DNA of 59,125 bases, the filler included, from Catajapyx aquilonaris (taxonomy: Eukaryota), in NCBI GenBank assembly GCA_000934665.2. It is 4 parts of 4 records of this genome, joined end to end, with 100 filler letters (N's around TTAATTAATTAA, not from the genome) between each part and the next. Parts side by side here need not be neighbours in the genome. Positions count along the whole stretch, not along the records: positions 29,619 to 44,321 come from JYFJ02007709.1; positions 44,422 to 59,125 come from JYFJ02007710.1; 2 more parts are not named here. The stretch is one strand, 5' to 3'. The notes below the pieces were generated by a model. The model searched no databases, was not told the origin of the DNA, and worked only from the letters and a program-made list of their open reading frames with translations. This document shows positions 36,732 through 49,299 of this stretch, in pieces (the first letter of the stretch is position 1; every line of letters begins with the position of its first letter). The position numbers and the translations under genes were made by a program.

Positions 36732-39700
36732 ATGAGCCTGAGCATGCAGCCACATGGTTCAGAAGCAGATGGTGGCTTGTACGATGGAATTTTTGCAAGG
36801 GGGACGTACAGGTGCCAGCACTGCCCAGAAGTATTTCCAATGAGGTATCAGTTGGTGGCTCACATGGCCACTCACTCCAAGTGGGATCCTCCGGTTAAGA
36901 AGGAAGTGGACGAGGAAGAGCCTGCCCTTGCAACATGTAGGGTTAAGGTACATTTTGAGTCAGGTTATGCCAAACCGTAAGAAATTAAGATAATATTTAT
37001 TATTAAAGGAGGAGCCAGTTGAAGAACCTGAAGAAGAACAGGAAATTAGAGTGAGATACAGAGTGCATATGAACTCGTCACAAGAGAAGGGACCTGGCGG
37101 GACCCAGAAATTACGCGCTTTTAGGCTGCAGCGGAAACCTAGCACTGGTAGAGGGATGAAACAAGTAAGCAGTGGAGATTCCTAAATGTCCACTGGTCAT
37201 TACATTTTAGCTAATGCCCGTCACAGACACATGATATTGATTTAATCAACAAAATTGACCAATTTCCAGATGTACGCCTCTCGCGGGCAATTTTGGCCTG
37301 CCATCAAAATGGCGGCGAAATGTCTGCAGAGGCGGGACTGGTCAATCCCTGCCCATGTTAAATGGCCTCTGCTTGCTCGCGTCTGGGGGTCTGGCCCCGG
37401 GGAAGATCTTGTTGACATATTTTTTTGTGGAGTGAGGAGGTTCCTGGCCTGCCCTCACCAGGTTCCAAAAGTTTATTGGCCCCCAGGCGGACTGCCACAG
37501 GAGTGATTTTGTGAGTGCAAGTTTCTCATAATCCGGTCTCTTTATTGTCCGCGTCTGATGGTTTGGCCCCGGGGCAGATCTTGCTGTTTTTTTTTGTGTG
37601 TGTGTGTTTTTTTTTTTTTTGAGTGACCAGAGACCGGACCTTCCCTTACCAGGTGCCTGAAGTGAATCGGCCCCGAGGCGAAGTGCCCCTGGACCCGGAG
37701 TGATTTTGTTTTATGGTGGTGACCACGCGTTTCTCATTATTATATCTGGGCTCCGATTGTTTGTGTCTGGCAGTTTGGCCCCGGGGCAGATCTTGCTGAG
37801 GATGAACCCTTTTGACTATGTGTAAGTTTGTAGCGTGCTCATTTCTTTTAAAAGTCTGTCATTTGTTCTAATGGATGTTTGCGATACGATTGTACCGTAT
37901 ACGTGCATATTTTTGCAACAGTTCTGTTATGCTGGGAGTATAAAATGCGACACTGTAATTTATGAAGTTAGTGGAACCATTTTAAAAATTCTCAGCAAGA
38001 TCTACCACGGGGCCAAACCACCAGATGCGAGCAAGCAGAGGGCAGATAATAATGAGAACAGCATTGTCACCACTATAACAAAATCACTCCGGGTCCGGGG
38101 GCACTTCGCCTCGGGCCCGATTCACTTCAAAGGTCCAGTCAATGGTCACTCCAAAAAAAATAACCAGCAAGATCTGCCCCGGGGCCTAACCATCAGACGC
38201 GGACAATAAATAATATGTAATTAGAAACTTGTACTCACAAAATCACTCCGGGGGCAATCCGCCTGGGGGCCAATTATCTTTTGGAACCTGGCGAGGGCAG
38301 GGCAGGAACCTCCTCACTCAGTGGCGGACTGGTCATATGGTCATTTAGGCAATGCCCGGTGGGCCGGGCTGGAGAAAAAGAAGAAAAAACTCCCACCCAC
38401 CTAAAAATTTGAAAGAAATTTGGCTCATGTGGCCTGAAATGTTTGAAATTACTAATTCATGATTGTTTGGAAAAAGTGCTACCAATTTCATGAAATACAC
38501 ACCCATTCAAATCTACATTCACCTAAGCTCGTGTGACCTTGAACCCCCCAAAAAATTTGCGCCTGCGGTGGGCTCGCTCCCCATCCTTTACGGCTTCTTC
38601 ACCGAGTGCTTATGGAATCCTCCCCGCGAATTTTTTTTCTGCCTACTACCCTGATTGAACTATTGATAAACAATGGGCCGGTCTGATAGGTGACATGCCT
38701 TGGCCGGTTTTAAGACCCAGTCCGCTCCTGTCCTCACTCCAAACAAAAGTATGTCACCAAGGTCTGCCCCGGGGCCAGACCCCCAGACGCAGACAATTGG
38801 AGCCCGGACAGCAATTAGAAAAGTGCGATCACCATTCACAAAATCACTCGGGGGACGGTCCGCATGGGGACCAATTTACTTTTGGAACCTGGGGAGGGCA
38901 GGCCAGGAACCTCCTCACTCCAAAGAAAAAATATGTCAACAAGATCTGCCCCGGGGCCAGACCCCCAGACGCGAGCAAGCAGAGGCCATTTAACATGGGC
39001 AGGGATAGGCCAGTCCCGCCCGTGGTCCCGCCTCTGCACACATTTCGCCACCATTTTAATGGCAAGCCAAAATTGGCCACGAGAGGCGCGCATCTGGAAA
39101 TTGGTCAATTCTAATGGCACATAACTATGCCAGCAAAACACGTCCTCACTGCACACCAGATGGTTTTTAAAGTTGCAATCTTGGATTCACCAAGGATTAT
39201 TATCATGAGAGGCTGTGGACCTTGCATTACAGTCACTAATGTCATGAAATAATTTGTCAATATGACAGGATCATGGAATGCCCAGTGTAGCATGCCTATG
39301 TCGGTTCTATTGTGTTACAGTGAACCCTCTCTCTTCTTTCCTGGATTCATCGTTCAGTTATTCGTAGAGTGCTGAAATATATTCTCGTTTACGTTAACAC
39401 TTTGTCTCCAGTGGCCCTATTTGGTTGTATTACGAGGTGCATCCAGAAACTAAGTTCCATTTCTTTATTAGAAAAACCAGAATACACCCCCAGAATTTTT
39501 ATTTACTCATCTGAAATCGACAACTGTCTACTTTTTCAAAATAGTTTCCAGCCAAATTGGGGCATTTTTCATTGAGTTCACAATATTTTGTATGCCTAAG
39601 TCATAGTAGTCTGCCACCAGCCATTTCCATGATCCCTGAATACTGGATTGCAACTCCTTGTCATCGTCAACCTTCTGCTTTACAAGCCATTTCTCCCTGT

Positions 39701-42511
39701 CCATGGACAGGTGGTAATATATTGCTAGGCTCTGAATCCAAGTTGATCAAAAAATTCTCACTTGAATTGTTGCGGCAGGGTTCCAGTGAGCAAGGCAGTA
39801 CGCATTGTCGCGAAAGAAAACACCCCGAAACTCAACCTGCTCCTACGTTTCTTCAACACACGGGTTTATTGTGGGACATTACAGAAGTTAAGGCCCTTAA
39901 CTTCTGTAATGTCCCACAATAAACCTGTGTGTTGAAGAAACGTAGGAGAAGGTTGAGGTGACAATGCCCCCTTGCGTACTGACTTGCTTACTGGAACCCT
40001 GCTGTAACAATTCAAGTGAGAATTTTTTGATCACCTGGGAGTTAGAGCCCAGAACATTCACTGGTATAACCCTGACGGACATTTCTTTCACCATAACCTT
40101 AAGAAATGATCATAGTTTCTATGTACATGAGTATTTACACCACTCGCATGTTATTTTTAATGGCACGACATCATAGGGCATAGGCCAAAGGTTTCATTCA
40201 TTGAATCATTGTAAACAACCCGAAACAAACACTTACTGCATGAATTACAATACACACAGCTCCCTGCCGTTTATTTCCCAGTATGTGCATGTCCAGCTGA
40301 ATGCCATTTTTAAAAATCCCTAAATTGTGCGACTTAGATTTCTCTGGGGGGAAAATTAGAATGATCTGTGAAGGGTAGGCAATCTCCCCCGGCACCATTT
40401 TGGTCGTCAAGCACTGGGCGTTGCCCACTTGCCACCTGAGCTGCATTTTTTTTGCATCCGGCGCATCACATTACCTCCGTTTAAACCAGAGCTAAAAAAA
40501 ATTTAACGGACACTTAATGTTTTCATAATTCGTGAGAGAGACTGGGTAATCATATAGAATTATCTTCGATTTTTTTAGAGGGATAGAAGCCCCCTGAAAA
40601 AACACATGTATATGACACAATAGGATGATGTCACTGTCTTGTGGGTAGTTTATGAAGCAATTGATGCCCTCTCTCGATATGCAACGTAGGTTGGTATGTC
40701 TCACAATCTTCAGCACCCTCTTGTGCATGAATCAAGTTCGAATCCATAGGTGGCAGATCCTGTGATTCTTACCTATGGAGTTCTTTTTAAACCACCTCCC
40801 GAAGAGTTCAGAATCGAGCGGGAGACAGAATGTAAATTTAACTTGCATAATTATAATTATCATTCCTAGATTTATCCTTTTCCCACCTGTCTCTGTCTGC
40901 AGTAATGTGCTTAGGTTAGCGTTTTTTATTGTTTCAGAAAAAGGAACTCGCAGTTTTACTTCACAGACTCTTGTCCTGTCCACAGTGTAATGATCCATTT
41001 GTAACACAGGAAGACTTGGAACATCATAAGAAAATTGTGCATTCCAAGGTAGGCTACTGATTGCGGTGTCAGTTCATTTGTACAGTATGCCTCTGGGAGA
41101 CAGCAGGTAAATTTAACTTGCATAATTATATCATTCCTAGATTTATCCTTTCCTCAAATATCTCTGTCTGCAGTAAAGTGCTTAGGTTAGTGTTTTTTAT
41201 TGTTGCAGAAAAAGGAACTCGCAGTTTTACTTCACAGACTCTTGTCCTGTCCACAATGTAAAGATCCATTTGTAACACAGGAAGACTTGGAACATCATAA
41301 GAAAATGATGCATCCCAAGGTGGGCTACTGATTGCGGTGTCAGTTCATTTGTACAGTATGCCTCACTCTTGGCATTAATTTTATGTTAAATCTTTTATTT
41401 CCAGGAGGCAGTAGTAAGCAGAAGTGGGCATCAGAAAACACACGCCTGCCCAACTTGTGGGAAACATCTGCCAACCCCTTCCAGGCTTAAACACCATTTG
41501 GTAATTCACACTGGAGAGAAACCATACAAGTGTCACTTTTGTCCTATGGCATTCAACAATTCTGGAACACGTCTTCGTCACATGAGGAGCGCACATCCTG
41601 GAAGATCTGTCCCAGTCAGCTGTACAAGATGTAATGGGATTTTTAAGAACCTAGTTCTGTTGAAAGCTCATATGAAGGCATGTAGACTTGCTAAGCTATT
41701 CAAATGCAAAAATTGTAGTAGGACATTTCGTACACTGGGAGAGGTAAAGGTACACATGGTTGTGCACACTGACAAGAGGCTTTTCAGCTGCTCATTATGC
41801 AGCAAAAAATTCAAAACTCGGGTATTGCTTGAACATCATGCTGTGTGCCACTCAGATGTGAGACCTTTCAGATGTGAACATTGCCCACAAGCCTTCAAGA
41901 AAAGGCGATATTTGCAGCTTCATTTGAACAGGATACATTTAGAAGCAGAATATGTCACTTGCGATGTATGTGGCAAGAAAATGAAGAGCATGTATATTTC
42001 AGACCATAAGCGGTTGCATGTGCGAGGCAAACGCTACTCATGCAAAATGTGCCCAAAAAGTTTCTATTCTCCAAGTAACCTAGGTAATCATATTCGAGTT
42101 CAACATGAGGGAGTCAAATCATATGTGTGTGATGTTTGCAACAAGCCTTACACAACTTTTTATATTATGAAACATCACAAAGAAGAAAGGCATGGGTTGG
42201 GTGGGAGGACTTCAACAAGAGCATATAAAAGGAAGAAATACCTTTGTCATGTATGTGATAAGCTAGTTTTTGACCTGAAATCCCATTTGGCAACACACAC
42301 CGGAGAAAAACCTTTCCAGTGCAACTTCTGCCCATCAGCATTTGCCCAGAAATCTGGTCTCACATCCCACATTACATCACGTCACACAACTGAGAGGCCT
42401 CTTGTATGCAACTTGTGTGGAAAGAGATTCAAAAGAAAATGTATTCTGCAGACCCATATCAGAGAAACTCATTTTGGAATAAAGAGGAAGAAGAGTGGCA
42501 ATGCAAAGTAA
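36732..42511 (+). CDS. C2H2 zinc-finger protein, copy 2 (529 or 566 aa); coding exons 36732-36947, 37009-37164, 40938-41048 and/or 41209-41319, 41405-42511
   Basis: Exon-for-exon paralog of copy 1 with open frames, an in-frame 9-bp deletion in exon 2 and a duplicated 111-bp exon. Confidence 0.88.
37257..39106. mobile_element. Long-TIR foldback DNA element with AATT TSD (Sola1-like)
   Basis: AATT|GACCAATTTCCAGATG ... CATCTGGAAATTGGTC|AATT; ~550-bp arms with GGCCCCGGGGCAGATCTTG repeats; empty site CAACAAAATTTTAATGG at ~30447. Confidence 0.85.
38319..38730. mobile_element. hAT-type MITE nested in the long-TIR element
   Basis: CAGTGGCGGACTGG ... CCAGTCCGCTCCTG with a perfect TSD TCCTCACT. Confidence 0.9.
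39433..40052. mobile_element. Paralogous copy of the mariner foldback, right arm mostly deleted
   Basis: Collinear with 31160-31773, then joins the flank found at ~32094. Confidence 0.85.
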
Positions 42512-43952
42512 GAAGCCAGAGAGCTGATATCTAGGTAAAACTCAGGGATTTTTCCACAAACTGATAGGGTGCATGTGTGGCTTTTTCAACAACTAGAAAA
42601 TATAAAGCCGATTTTTGTCAACAGAGTTTCACTATTTAGGTTTAAACATTTTCCCAATGCCGGCATTTTTTGTGAAAATATATTTTGAGACTTTGAACCT
42701 TTGATTTCATCATCTACAAGTCCCACATCAAATGGGACTCTTTTGTATTACACATATTAGTTATCGGTAGGTGTATGCAGTTAGGGGAGGCATGCCTGTG
42801 AATGTGCTTGCAACTTGCGGGCACCCATGCACGTGTTGCCTGTAATGTACGTACCTTCTCCCAATGCCCCCATTGGATTGCAGTGACTCCCCAGCCAGTA
42901 CGCAGTAGTGAGCTAAACTTGTGATATGCAAGCCATACATTTATCAACTTGTAAATCAACCCAAATGTGGAATATTGCAATTTTGTGTCACGTACAGTAT
43001 GTTAATAATAACATACCAGCAGGATTTTTGTCTGGTCTTTCCCAATTCGAGCAGTCCCTGATTCATGCAGCCCCAATTTATGTATTTAAAAAATCTACCA
43101 TGCCCTAAAAATACGCAGGATTTGCAGAACGAACTGGTAAAGTAAAATGGCTCCTATAGAGATGTTATGATGTTTAGCTGGTCCGACTATTGGCTCACAG
43201 TGATTTTAGTTAGATGTTCAAGTTGAGAGCTGGGTACCTCTTCCCAGTGTGTGTCCGCACCATTACTGCCCCTCACGTGTGCTGCAGCCTTCAAGTCAAG
43301 GAACATTACTGTGACTTCGCTAATCTGAATCTTAATGTTTGGAGGCCATGACGCAGTATTGGGGATTCAGCAACCAGTGTTGTGGTTTCAGAATGTTGCA
43401 TAATGTGCAATAGGTATAATCATTAGCTCTTGGTATAATGAAACTTTGTTCAGAGTTACATAAAAATCAACTTACACAAAATGTTGCAAAATGATCAAGT
43501 TATGTAAGTTGAGGGCTGCCTATTTTTATGAAATGCACAAAAAGGCACCTGCCCAATTTGTAAAGTGTGCCCACCTCCTGTAACTATACTATATTAAACT
43601 TAGTTTTTTAGTGTATGCAAATTATATTAAGACATTTCATGTGCTTAGATTTGTTGACATTTAAGAAGATTGAGTAATTTTGGAATAAATAAAGCATTCC
43701 AGTTGGATTATGACAAAAGTAGCATTTCAATGCATCTTGACAACAGCGATGAATACGGGGATTACAACATAGATGTGGGGAGGAAATTAGGTGAATAATG
43801 ATCAGCATTATACTATGCCAGAATGCCAACTGATCTGGGGGGAAAAGTGTGACAACCGGAATAGCAATGCATGATTTGCCCCTGGCCAGAAGGTAAATAT
43901 TTTGCAGACGGCATACGTCAACATCGAAAGACATTGGTGCAAGCCCTAATAA

Positions 43953-44076
43953 CCTCCTGAGACCCCTGGTACAGTATACTGTACCTTTGTTTTTGGTTTT
44001 TTTTACGCGTTTGGGTTAGTCAGAAGGTGCTGGAAAAAACAAAGGTACAGTGTACTGTGCCAGGGGTCTCAGGAGG
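43953..44076. mobile_element. piggyBac-type MITE with ATAA flanks
   Basis: ATAA|CCTCCTGAGACCCCTGG ... CCAGGGGTCTCAGGAGG|ATAA. Confidence 0.8.
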
Positions 44077-44321
44077 ATAATGCTTGAACATGACTTATTT
44101 GAATTACTCTGTCTCGTGTTCGAAAAAGGTGCTCCATGGCAGAGGCTGGGCAGAGGGCAGCACGGGGTTGGCAGGGTTGGAAATGGGGTGGACCGGTGTA
44201 GAGACTGGACATTGACGTTGGTCAGACCCAGAGACTACAAAGTAGTCAGACTCGCCACGCAATGTTATTTGGCGTTCGCGTGAAAATCCGGCCGCCCGCA
44301 TGAACTTGGGCTTGCGCCCGT

Positions 44322-44421
44322 NNNNNNNNNNNNNNNNNNNNNNNNNNNNNNNNNNNNNNNNNNNNTTAATTAATTAANNNNNNNNNNNNNNNNNNNNNNN
44401 NNNNNNNNNNNNNNNNNNNNN
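44322..44421. other. Artificial contig spacer
   Basis: N44-TTAATTAATTAA-N44. Confidence 0.99.
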
Positions 44422-44429
44422 GGATATAC

Positions 44430-45040
44430 TGTATAATATATAAAATATTATATAGTATAATATATATTATATGGTATAATAGGCTATATAATATTATATC
44501 ATATAATATATATTATATTAATATAATAATACCTTATGTTAATATAATACGTTAATATAATAATATGTTAATATAATAATACCTTATGTTAATAGTATAT
44601 GCTAATATAATAATATGTTAATATAATAATACCTTATGTTAATAGTATATGTTAATATAATAATACCTTATGTTAATAGTATATGTTAATATAATAATAC
44701 CTTATGTTAATAGTATATGTTAATATAATAATACCTTATGTTAATAGTATATGTTAATATAATAATACCTTATGTTAATATAATAATACCTTATGTTAAT
44801 ATAATATGTTAATATAATAATATGTTAATATAATAATACCTTATGTTAATATAATATGTTAATATAATAATATGTTAATATAATAATACCTTATGTTAAT
44901 ATAATATGTTAATATAATAATATGTTAATATAATAATACCTTATGTTAATATAATATGTTAATATAATAATACCTTATGTTAATATAATATGTTAATATA
45001 ATAATATGTTAATATAATAATATGTTAATATAATTATAAT
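44430..45040. repeat. AT-rich minisatellite
   Basis: Reiterated ATGTTAATATAATA and ATACCTTATGTTAAT subunits in ~34-36-bp higher-order units. Confidence 0.95.
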
Positions 45041-45890
45041 GGTTTCCTTGGCAGATTAGCACGATGAATACGTGAAAGCCAAAGGGCTCTCCTTTCGCTT
45101 GACAGCTCCTTCGTCCGATCGCACTGATTTATTTATTACTGTAGGCAGGCCATAATGCAACCTTATCTCTCCGGTCCCTCCCGTACCTCTCAGAGCAACC
45201 CACAATCGCACAAAAAACCATATCCGCACTGTGAAATGCCTACAATCCGCTCAAATATTCGCGTTAGCAAGCTACGGCACTATGTAGGCAATGGGCAGGT
45301 AACACTCTTATTTCTACAATATGGCCGCCGCCCGCTGGTGACGTCATGCCAAGAGCCGGTGACGTCACGCCGATACCACCTATAGTTTACAACAATCTGC
45401 AACCCGGCTGTGTGTTGTCACTGGTTTTCAAGTCAAACTTCTGTTTTTATGTCATATTGGCTGACATTTTTCATCTTGGATGATTTCAAATGTTGGGACA
45501 ATTTTAACGAAAATGTAATTAAAAATTCGGCGAACGCTCATTTTCACTTGTCTCGATTAAAATCTGCACACATTCCAAGGAACCCCCAATTAGCAGGGGG
45601 CATATTGTGCCAATCTTGGCAAAAAAAATAGTTTTTTGCAAATGTAAATGACCGCCAATATGAATCAATTGGTCCTACATAAATTTGCTGATATAATGAC
45701 GATCATTTAGTAGCAATTAGCACCCTCCCAATTAGTGCTGTCAATTTGGAAAGATCGGTGTGAACAAGTTGCAAATTGCACTCATCACTATCCAAATCAC
45801 TGCCCACAAAATTTTGAGCAAATTTTGCAAAATCAATAGTTTTTCTGTACTCACAGTTCAACCTAATCGCATCTCTGAAAAATAAATAAA

Positions 45891-45929
<39 letters not shown>

Positions 45930-45933
45930 GAAA

Positions 45934-46657
45934 AAAAGTCTCTTAGAACGGCTCTGTCTGTCCGTCTGTTGACAGGTATCAGGGCCTTAACCGCAACAGA
46001 TAGCGGCAAACGCGGCTTTCCACTTTATGTAGTTCTTCATATACAGGGGAAGATATCATCATTCCATGCATATTCAGATAATTTGTGTCAGTGTTTAACG
46101 GAGTCCGTAAGGCACCCATACTCGGCGAGAAAAACGTCTTATATGATAAATAAAGGGATCCAGTACATACTGTACTGCTCATTTCTTGTGTTCATTATAA
46201 CTAACTTATTGAATAGGGTAAAGCATGTGCCACATGACATTGAATTGCAATATGTGTAGCCAAAAATAAAGCCACGTTAAGAACTTGACTAGGTTGTGAC
46301 ATTGCGCGGGTGCACGTTAAAGATCCCCAGAGTGGCCAAATTTCCGGGAGGAGGACCACCCCCTGGCGTCGGTGTTTAGCCTTAGCAGCAGAAATAGGCC
46401 GACGTTAAGCCCCCACTAAAGTAGAACCCTCATTATCCGTCACGGGACTGTGGCATTGGTCTCAAACTTTGGAATAGACTTGTGCGGAGAGAGTGAACCC
46501 GGAAAACCGGAAGTGGCGGGTCATCGGAAGTTGGCCATGACAGCTTTTTAGGTCACGTTTAATCCGAATCCGAAAACAGTTTGCAGCTATCTGTTGCGGT
46601 TGAGGCCCTGATACCTGTCAACAGACGGACAGACAGAGCCGTTCTAAGAGACTTTCT
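45934..46657. mobile_element. Element with ~75-bp inverted ends containing CTGTCTGTCCGTCTGT; encloses a SINE-body fragment (~46295-46420)
   Basis: AAAGTCTCTTAGAACGGCTCTGTC ... GACAGAGCCGTTCTAAGAGACTTT; internal GGGTGCACGTTAAAGATCCCCAG resembles Nin/Ruka-type SINE bodies. Confidence 0.7.
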
Positions 46658-47559
46658 TAGATGATGATTAAAAGTGTAAAAAGGGAGCAAGAGGATGCAC
46701 TCTATTGAGCGCGACGGATCTGAAGTCACTCATAACTCGAAAAAGGCTGCGAAGTGTGGGTTTTTACGTTCACCAGTGAATTCTACGCATGTAATTTACT
46801 CACTGAGCGATTTTTGTCCTAATCCGTTAGTGACACGTCACGGTCTTCCCTTGTTAGTCTGCTTCGTGCATCTACTTCTCCCTCTTGTGGCTGCATCGGT
46901 GCTGTTGCTACTGCTGAAGTAGATGGTTCAGCTGATGGTGTGGGAGTTGGTGATGGTGGTGATACAGATGATGCAGGTGATGCAGGTGATGGACCGATCA
47001 GGGATGGTGTGGCTTCTGCTCTGTAGCGGAAGAGTCCTCCCCTGGGTCGTGTTCTTACTACGTACAATTTATTTTTGAGATTTATAACTTATTAATATCA
47101 TTCACGACCTCCATGTCTTGCATGGTTTGCTGCAGACTAACAAATTTACTTGTCCAATATTGATGTCCAATATTAATTTTTTTTCGACCGATTGCCCAAA
47201 CCTACGTAGTTCCTTATGGAGTTGTCTTTTGGGGCTGCATCTTTCTGGTAGATCAAATATTTTAAGGCACGGTGTGGCAACCTAATATTGTCCATCTCCG
47301 TGATTCTTTTAGGGTATGTTAATGGCAATATTATACTATCCGATTTCTTAGTGGCTGACGTCCTGTCTCCAGCGGGAGGATATAGTTTGCTGTGTTTCTC
47401 CCAGATGCCAGCATTTTTTTAAAAAATAAACAAAGATTGCGCTCTTTCTAGTCCTTCTAAGAGGTTCAGGCTCCAGATTGGTGCTGCATATGTACCTGTT
47501 GTTAAAGGCTGTGGATTTGCGCCTCTTATGTAGTACATGTTCCCTGATCACGGTGTGCC

Positions 47560-47800
47560 AAATGAGTGACTGTTTGTCCTGGTGTCTGGAGTTCAAAAAC
47601 AGCAGGGCTCATTCACTTGATAACACGGTATGGACCATCCCAAGGTTTTTAAAATTTCTGCTGAGACCCTGAGGACATTGGCTTATGCATCAGTACCAAA
47701 TCACCTCAGTGATGGATGTGTTTAGGGCGGAAACCATTATTGCGATTTTTTTTCTCTGCTTGAGAAAAGCTTCATGACAATTTTATATGCTGTTTTAATA
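47560..47800 (-). mobile_element. Gypsy integrase C-terminal (GPY/F) relic
   Basis: GDLVLMHKPMSSG..KF*KPWDGPYRVIK*MSPAVFEL. Confidence 0.78.
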
Positions 47801-47984
47801 TTTGAGACAAGGTTTTGAGTGAAAGTGTTTGTAGGGATAGTGTGACAGGATGGACACAAAAACACACGTAGGTGACTTGCATAATGATGTTTATTTACGT
47901 TACGTTAAGGTAGGGATTAAAGGACAGGGAAGAAGGGAAGGGTTACAGGTAGTGGCGCGGGACACGACCACAGACCCGGACCAG

Positions 47985-48603
47985 TCACCGGAATATTGTC
48001 ATGTACGTGTGCCCTTTTGGTGACCTGCACAGGGGACCTATGAGGTCACAGTACAGGCTCATCATAGGTGCCTCTGGAATCTTACGAGTCTCAGAGATTC
48101 CAGCAGGTGCCTGATTAGAACACTTGACCTTCTGGCAGACCAAGCAAGAACGTACGTACATTGCCACCTGGGCCATCATCCTTGGAAAGGTGAAGAACCG
48201 TTGCACTTTTGTAAGTGTCTTGTAAACACCCACATGACCCCCATTGACCGGGCCATCGTGGTATTTTACCGACCACCTCCTCTACAAGAGAAGGAGCAAC
48301 AATCTTGAAGGCGAATCTGCATTCGTCTTCGTTAAGATCGTTTTTTGGAGCAATGTACTTGACCAGCACATTGTTCCTCAAGATGGTGTAAGAGACAATG
48401 TCTTTAACCCCAGACTGCTGCAGATCCGTGCATCCGGACGCCACTTTCTCCAGAAAATCACGGATAGCTTGAGTCTTTGGGTCGCCCTGCTGGGCTTCGA
48501 CAATTCGCTCCGTTTCTAAAACGAAGCGGTCTCCTACAATCACCTTTGCCTCCGGACCTGGGTGCTGTACAGCACCGTACTGTCCATCCGGCGTGGCCAC
48601 CAC
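47985..48603 (-). mobile_element. Gypsy pol relic (integrase HHCC and start of core)
   Basis: EAQQGDP..LVEEV, then after a frameshift HVGVYKT..FTFPRMMAQVAMYVRSCLVCQKVK..CDLIGPL. Confidence 0.9.
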
Positions 48604-49299
48604 CTCCGCGTAGCTCCGGTTCGTCTCCTCGGCCTACAGTTTGTGAACTCCACGTCTTTCCTAAGTTTGTGCACTCCACGTCTTTCCTAAGTTTGTGTAC
48701 TCCACGTCTTTCGACCAAATATGATTGTGCCCTTTCGAATAGTCACTCTTTACTTTGGTATGACATCTGCTTCGGGAATAGTATTTTTAATGCGGTAGGT
48801 ATGATACACTCGACCTTCTGACGCTGCGATGTCTGATTCGATGTCCATGTCTTTGACCATGTTGTGTGTCACAGAGTTGCAGTATGGTTATTCATTTTGC
48901 ATTCTTTGTTCCATTCATATTCGCATTGACCCAAGTACCGTTTGTTAACTGATTGAATCAGAAGGCCACCAGTATGGGAAACAGTCTCATCATTAGGTCA
49001 CATTCTGATGCCATACATGACGAGATTAGGATGTTACAGAAATTATAGGGATGAATCTAAGTGTTGTATTACGCAATAATTATGAAACTCTCGCCTTCAT
49101 ATCCAGATAGTTAAAATAATAAGGCATAAATAAGTTATGCTAGCTAAACTCGCCCAGGGTATTCCAGCTTTATCGCCTATATCATCACCCAGTATTTTTG
49201 AATGCGTACATTATACTGACGTCTGTCGATTTGGTGCATAGAGGGCAGGACTCATTCTCAATTGACTGTTGGCCGAAAGGTACAAAATGGTACTCGACG

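Larger units (their letters stand above)
29740..43570 (+). repeat. Tandem segmental duplication (~29740-35560 vs ~36550-43570)
   Basis: Exons, introns and ~1 kb of 3' flank are collinear and similar, interrupted by copy-specific insertions. Confidence 0.92.

Noticed and set aside
37257..39106. CRISPR-like or coding repeats; ORFs at 37255-39156
   Set aside because: These are subterminal repeats inside inverted arms in a eukaryotic intron; the ORFs are by-products of GC-rich repeats.
5684..42511. GCP4-FPPS-ZNF gene cluster
   Set aside because: The genes lie on separate contigs joined by artificial spacers.
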